Virus record (IMG/VR): IMGVR_UViG_3300032266_001097
Coordinates: 1 to 27,061 of that record
Reading direction: 5' to 3' (one strand)
Origin: a virus
Lineage: Duplodnaviria > Caudoviricetes
Length of the DNA stretch: 27,061 nt
The stretch's first letter is position 1, and every line of letters begins with the position of its first letter. Of this stretch, positions 23,088-27,061 are shown in pieces. A program made the position numbers and the translations under genes. The notes below the pieces were generated by a model, which saw only the letters and a program-made list of their open reading frames with translations, searched no databases and was not told the origin of the DNA.

Positions 23088-25230
23088 GGGCCACCTCATC
23101 GGTGATGGGACCGCCGACGACCCACGCATCACACGTGCGGGATGCGGCACACTTGAAATCGAAGGCCTCGCATAGCCCGAACTTCCCAGCGGCTACGACC
23201 TCGGCAGCATCCGCCCCGATGCCCTTTTCAATGCACGCAATGATTGGAGTCGTGACGTTGAAGAACGCGCAGGATCCACATCGCATGTTGATTACCTGGT
23301 CGACCGTCCCACGCATCCGGGAGGCCTTACCTTCCCAGTAATCGCCGGGATTATTCGGGTCCGGAGGTCCGTAGTTCGCGACGTTGATCGCCTTCTGACG
23401 GTTCTTGAGGTTCACCGCGATGTCCTGGGTCTCGATGGGGCATGCTGCACCATTCTCGACCATGGGGGCCGCGTCCTCCAGCTCGACCTCACCGGGAAGC
23501 TCAGCGACGTCCTCGACGGGCTGCCCGGTGATGTACCCCTTCGCTTCCGCGATGCTCTCACCGATGGCCATCAATACGCCGCGCGCCGTGGCATCGGTGA
23601 TGGAGGCTGCGAGCGCCTCGAGCGCGGAGGCCGCAGCGTCGAGCTCCTCGACGGCATCCGCAGCGCCACCATTCTCCGCGTCGGTTACCGTGGCAGCGGG
23701 CGACGGCGTCTGATCTCCGCTGGTCATGGCTGCTCCGTCAGACGTCGTCGCCTCCATGGGCATGAGCTTCGCGAGCTTCGCCATAGCGTCCTGCTCGCTC
23801 ATGTTCCCGAACATGCGGAGCGCCTCGACCTTGTCCATGAGGCCCGCGTCCAGCATTTCGAGCGCGTGCTTCCGGCGCGCGTCGAGCTCCTCCGGGCTGA
23901 GCGGGACCTCACGATACAGGACCGAATAGCCGCCCTCTGGGAAGCTGGCGCCGGTCCCGCGGTTGAACAGGATCGCGCTCTTGGCCACGAGTTCCTCGTC
24001 CGCAGCACGGAACTGCACGACGTATCGGCGCTGGGCCTGACGCTTGCCCTCGTTGCTCAGGCTGATCGCGTATCCGGATTTCGCGCTTCCAGACGTCCGC
24101 TGAATGTCGGTCTGAGAAAGCCCCGCGTCGGTGGCGAGCCGATGTGCGATAGCCGAGATGGTGCTCTCGAGCGTGGCCACATCGGCGCCAGCTTGAAACT
24201 GTCCGACGGTCGGCTGCGACTCCGTCGCGGCATCGAGCATAAGGATCGTAGTCGGGTCGGTGACGACCTCGACACGAGCGCCACGCGTGAGCCCGTCGGT
24301 CATTTCCGTCCCCGCCACACGGACTCCGATAGCGTACCGCTGTGGGAACGACGCATCGCGGAGGCAATGGGCGAGGAAGCTGTAGTAAACGCTCAGGCTC
24401 AGCGAGCCCTCGTACAGCTCGATCCCGTAGTATGGATCGAAGAGCCGATCTCCGTAGTTGCTCGCATGGTAAAGCACACCCGGAAGGACCGGGGCATCAT
24501 TTGAGGTCCGTCGATACGGGTAGTTGTCGCCCGACCATTCCGGGTGCCCCTGGTTCCGCTTCTCGTCGTTCACGCCGAGGACCTCGACGGTAACGTCCTC
24601 TCCGAAGCCACCACGATCCGATGCCTTCCGGACCATGTACTGCGGGAACGCCGGATCGCGGATGTCCAGGACATCCCAGCACCACACGGCCTCCCCGTTG
24701 AGGTTCCGCAAGCGGATCTCCGCGATGGCGAGCGGGATCGTGGGACGCTGGGGGTCCGCCTCGGCCACGATCATATCGGGAGATACGGGTCGGTACGTGA
24801 GCCGTCCATCGGTCACATCGATCCGCATCCACATTTCACGGAGCGCGATGGTCATCGCCTGCACGCGAGGCATCTGCGACCAGAGGCCAGACTTCGCGAT
24901 GAGCCCCTCGCCGCCGATGAGCGCGTCCGCGGAGGACGTGCCGCCGTTCCGCTGAGCCGCCGTCTCGGCTGCGTGATGATGAACGTCGGGAGCATCCAGA
25001 TATAAACTACTGAGCTCATAGGCGATAACCCTAAAAGGGTTAGCGCTTAGGTCTGGCAGCCCCCAGGCCTGCCGGCGCGTGCTGCCGAGCTGCGCCTGGA
25101 GACGTTCCTCCAAGAGGAGCTGCCAGGTTCCCTCCATGAGGGACCGACGGTGACGCGTGTGGTTCCACCGGGCGGCCTCCTCGGGGTTTCCAGGAGCGGG
25201 CGGCTGCGGCATGCGGCTGAATGCGTACAT
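23071..25230 (-). CDS. Portal protein with acidic linker and Cys-rich C-terminal domain
   Basis: Directly after TerL; SAKSGYAISL...EELV and GLMDKVEAL match SPP1-type portal patterns; 719 aa, about 230 aa longer than the core. Confidence 0.85.
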   Translation of the reverse strand: MYAFSRMPQPPAPGNPEEAARWNHTRHRRSLMEGTWQLLLEERLQAQLGSTRRQAWGLPDLSANPFRVIAYELSSLYLDAPDVHHHAAETAAQRNGGTSSADALIGGEGLIAKSGLWSQMPRVQAMTIALREMWMRIDVTDGRLTYRPVSPDMIVAEADPQRPTIPLAIAEIRLRNLNGEAVWCWDVLDIRDPAFPQYMVRKASDRGGFGEDVTVEVLGVNDEKRNQGHPEWSGDNYPYRRTSNDAPVLPGVLYHASNYGDRLFDPYYGIELYEGSLSLSVYYSFLAHCLRDASFPQRYAIGVRVAGTEMTDGLTRGARVEVVTDPTTILMLDAATESQPTVGQFQAGADVATLESTISAIAHRLATDAGLSQTDIQRTSGSAKSGYAISLSNEGKRQAQRRYVVQFRAADEELVAKSAILFNRGTGASFPEGGYSVLYREVPLSPEELDARRKHALEMLDAGLMDKVEALRMFGNMSEQDAMAKLAKLMPMEATTSDGAAMTSGDQTPSPAATVTDAENGGAADAVEELDAAASALEALAASITDATARGVLMAIGESIAEAKGYITGQPVEDVAELPGEVELEDAAPMVENGAACPIETQDIAVNLKNRQKAINVANYGPPDPNNPGDYWEGKASRMRGTVDQVINMRCGSCAFFNVTTPIIACIEKGIGADAAEVVAAGKFGLCEAFDFKCAASRTCDAWVVGGPITDEVARAVSE

Positions 25231-25252
25231 CGTGGGAGTCCCCTAGACGCGA

Positions 25253-26647
25253 CTAACCTAGCCGCACGACGGTGGGGCTGTGTAGCCGCTTGGTCACGAG
25301 CTCGAGCGTGTAGCGGAGTGCGTCGATGGAGTGCTTGTGCTCGCTCGCCTCGCGACCGTCCCACTTCTGAAGGTCATCAGCAAGCCGCTTGCATCGCGGA
25401 TGGATGAAGAAGTCGCCACGAAGCATGGCCGCGCTCAGGATGCGGATGCCCTCGAACACCGACCCGGCCGGCTTGTGCGCGGTCTTGATGCGGAAGGGGA
25501 GGGCGCCGGTAGGAAGCCGCAGCGCGCGCTCCATGGCGGACATCAACATCGCATTCGACTTCAGGCTCCCATTCCTGCGACCGTATACGCGACGGTCACC
25601 GACCCATAGGTCTACCGACTCCCACATCAGCCCGGCGCGCTTGAGCATGTCGAGGAGCATGCGCGCATCCTGGTCTGGCGTCGTCTGCCCGTCGGTCTGC
25701 ACCTGGTCGAGGACCCATACGCGTGGATGTCCCTCGCCACCATCGCGGACCATCGCGACGAGGACGCCGACCTGAGCGCCGGCCTCGGTTCCATGGTCGA
25801 TCCCAATACCTATCAACGCCTCGCCCGTGGGGATCTCGGGCTTCACATGCCGAGCGGGGTCGAACATCCGGAAGACGCGCCCCTCCGTCCAGAGGCTCTC
25901 CCAGTCCCCGAAGACGCGTTGCGCGCGTTGCTGGGGGAGGATCGACTCGGTGAACGTGTCGATCTGGCCTTGCGACATGAGCGGTTTAGACCCGATTGGC
26001 GTCGTATTCTCGACCGTCAGCGGAAAACAGAAGTCGCGTACTCGCCCATCGTCCACGAGCTTCCGCAGCCAGCCCAGAGGCGCTCCGACGGGCGTGAGCG
26101 TGAAGATGATCCGGCCATGGTTCCGCAGGACACGCGGCACAACCTCGTTGTAGATCTCCTCGGGAGGAGGCTCATCCAGCATGCAGAAGTCGATGGTAGA
26201 TCCTGCGAGCGCGAGGCTCCCCTGGTTCGAGGTCCGTACCCGGATGATACTCCCGTTCTTGAACCTCACCAGCGGGTGACGTCCGCGGAAACCCTTCCCC
26301 GGCGTGTACTCGGTGTCCTCGACGATGGCGTCCTTCGGAAGGAGCGCCCATAGCTTGCCCTGCACGCTGACCGAGGACTCCCAGCTCTCCACGATGACCC
26401 ATGCCTCGATGGGCGCCGGCCGCACGGGCTGGTATGGGTGAGCTCCGAGGCATCGGTAGATGCAGTCTACGAGGCCCATGGTCGTCTTTCCTACCTGGTT
26501 CCCGGCACGCGCAAGGCGCATGTGCGACGGGTCCCGGAGGAACTCGAGCTGGGGTGCCGTCGGCGTCCAGTATGCGAGCGGGTCCGCTACGGTCCGCTTG
26601 TGGAGTTGGTCCACCGCACGCGCGAGGTTGGCAAGCCCTGCGGTCAT
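25253..26647 (-). CDS. terL: Terminase large subunit
   Basis: Walker A AGNQVGKTT, Walker B FCMLDE, coupling motif TLTP, nuclease IGIDHG and HSIDALRY. Confidence 0.96.
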   Translation of the reverse strand: MTAGLANLARAVDQLHKRTVADPLAYWTPTAPQLEFLRDPSHMRLARAGNQVGKTTMGLVDCIYRCLGAHPYQPVRPAPIEAWVIVESWESSVSVQGKLWALLPKDAIVEDTEYTPGKGFRGRHPLVRFKNGSIIRVRTSNQGSLALAGSTIDFCMLDEPPPEEIYNEVVPRVLRNHGRIIFTLTPVGAPLGWLRKLVDDGRVRDFCFPLTVENTTPIGSKPLMSQGQIDTFTESILPQQRAQRVFGDWESLWTEGRVFRMFDPARHVKPEIPTGEALIGIGIDHGTEAGAQVGVLVAMVRDGGEGHPRVWVLDQVQTDGQTTPDQDARMLLDMLKRAGLMWESVDLWVGDRRVYGRRNGSLKSNAMLMSAMERALRLPTGALPFRIKTAHKPAGSVFEGIRILSAAMLRGDFFIHPRCKRLADDLQKWDGREASEHKHSIDALRYTLELVTKRLHSPTVVRLG

Positions 26648-27000
26648 CCAGCCTGCACGAGACGCGGACCGCGGCGCTTGATCTCCACCGCCTCTTCGAC
26701 CTGGTCGAGGAGCGTGGGCGGAAGCTGGGCGATGGCCTGCGTGATGATGCCCACGAGCTGCGCGTCAGACATCGACTCATCAGGCGCCGCTTCCTTCGCC
26801 ACGGCGGCGTCCAGGGCCTCCCTCGCCTGCAAAGCGCGGAGCTTCAGGCTTCCCACGGCCTGCCAGGAGCGGGACTCCGTCGCGCCGAGCACGGCCTCCT
26901 CGAGCTGCTCCACCGCGTGCCGCAGGTATTCAACCGTCGTGCACGTAGTCGCGAGCTTCGGCGTCACCGCGGTGCTCTTCGAGGCTGCGCGAGTCCGCAT
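26644..27000 (-). CDS. Putative terminase small subunit
   Basis: 118-aa helical ORF coupled (ATGA) to terL; GGAG RBS; assigned by position only. Confidence 0.6.
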   Translation of the reverse strand: MRTRAASKSTAVTPKLATTCTTVEYLRHAVEQLEEAVLGATESRSWQAVGSLKLRALQAREALDAAVAKEAAPDESMSDAQLVGIITQAIAQLPPTLLDQVEEAVEIKRRGPRLVQAG

Positions 27001-27061
27001 GACGTCTCCAGTTTGAGTTCAAGTTTGGCGAGGAGCGGGAGAAAGTCGAGAAGCTAACGCG

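Larger units (their letters stand above)
1..27061. mobile_element. Tailed dsDNA bacteriophage (siphovirus-like), probably a complete or near-complete genome
   Basis: Packaging, head, tail, lysis and replication/recombination modules are all present and no host housekeeping genes are seen. Gene order continues logically across the two window ends (rep end, non-coding gap, terS start). Confidence 0.93.

Overview
The window reads as a compact, probably complete ~27 kb high-GC tailed phage genome of siphovirus type. Almost all genes are on the minus strand and are tightly coupled by ATGA/GTGA/TGATG overlaps. From the right end the order is: putative TerS, TerL, portal with a long Cys-rich C-terminal extension, a 'WGGDAG' head-associated protein, scaffold, major capsid, head-tail and tail-completion genes, major tail protein, tail chaperone with a GGGTTTT -1 frameshift, a gp10-like gene, tape measure, a large Asp-box tail protein, tail-tip and fibre genes, holin-like protein and M15A endolysin. 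A short plus-strand operon (ERF annealase and several Zn-finger proteins) diverges from an XRE regulator. A leftward operon follows with a DNA-methyltransferase relic, RusA, HTH proteins, a repeat-delimited array of small paralogous genes, SSB and an HTH replication initiator that contains a likely origin. I found no integrase, polymerase, helicase, tRNA or CRISPR array. The most notable observations are: (i) the array at 2341-3088, where each gene ends in the same ~31-bp hairpin+RBS repeat that launches the next gene; (ii) an origin of three 23-bp-periodic palindromic iterons next to three oriC-like GATC 13-mers; (iii) a HiPIP-like Cys domain fused to the portal; (iv) unannotated micro-ORFs and structured intergenic RNAs. 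All protein assignments come from motif recognition and synteny, not database searches.
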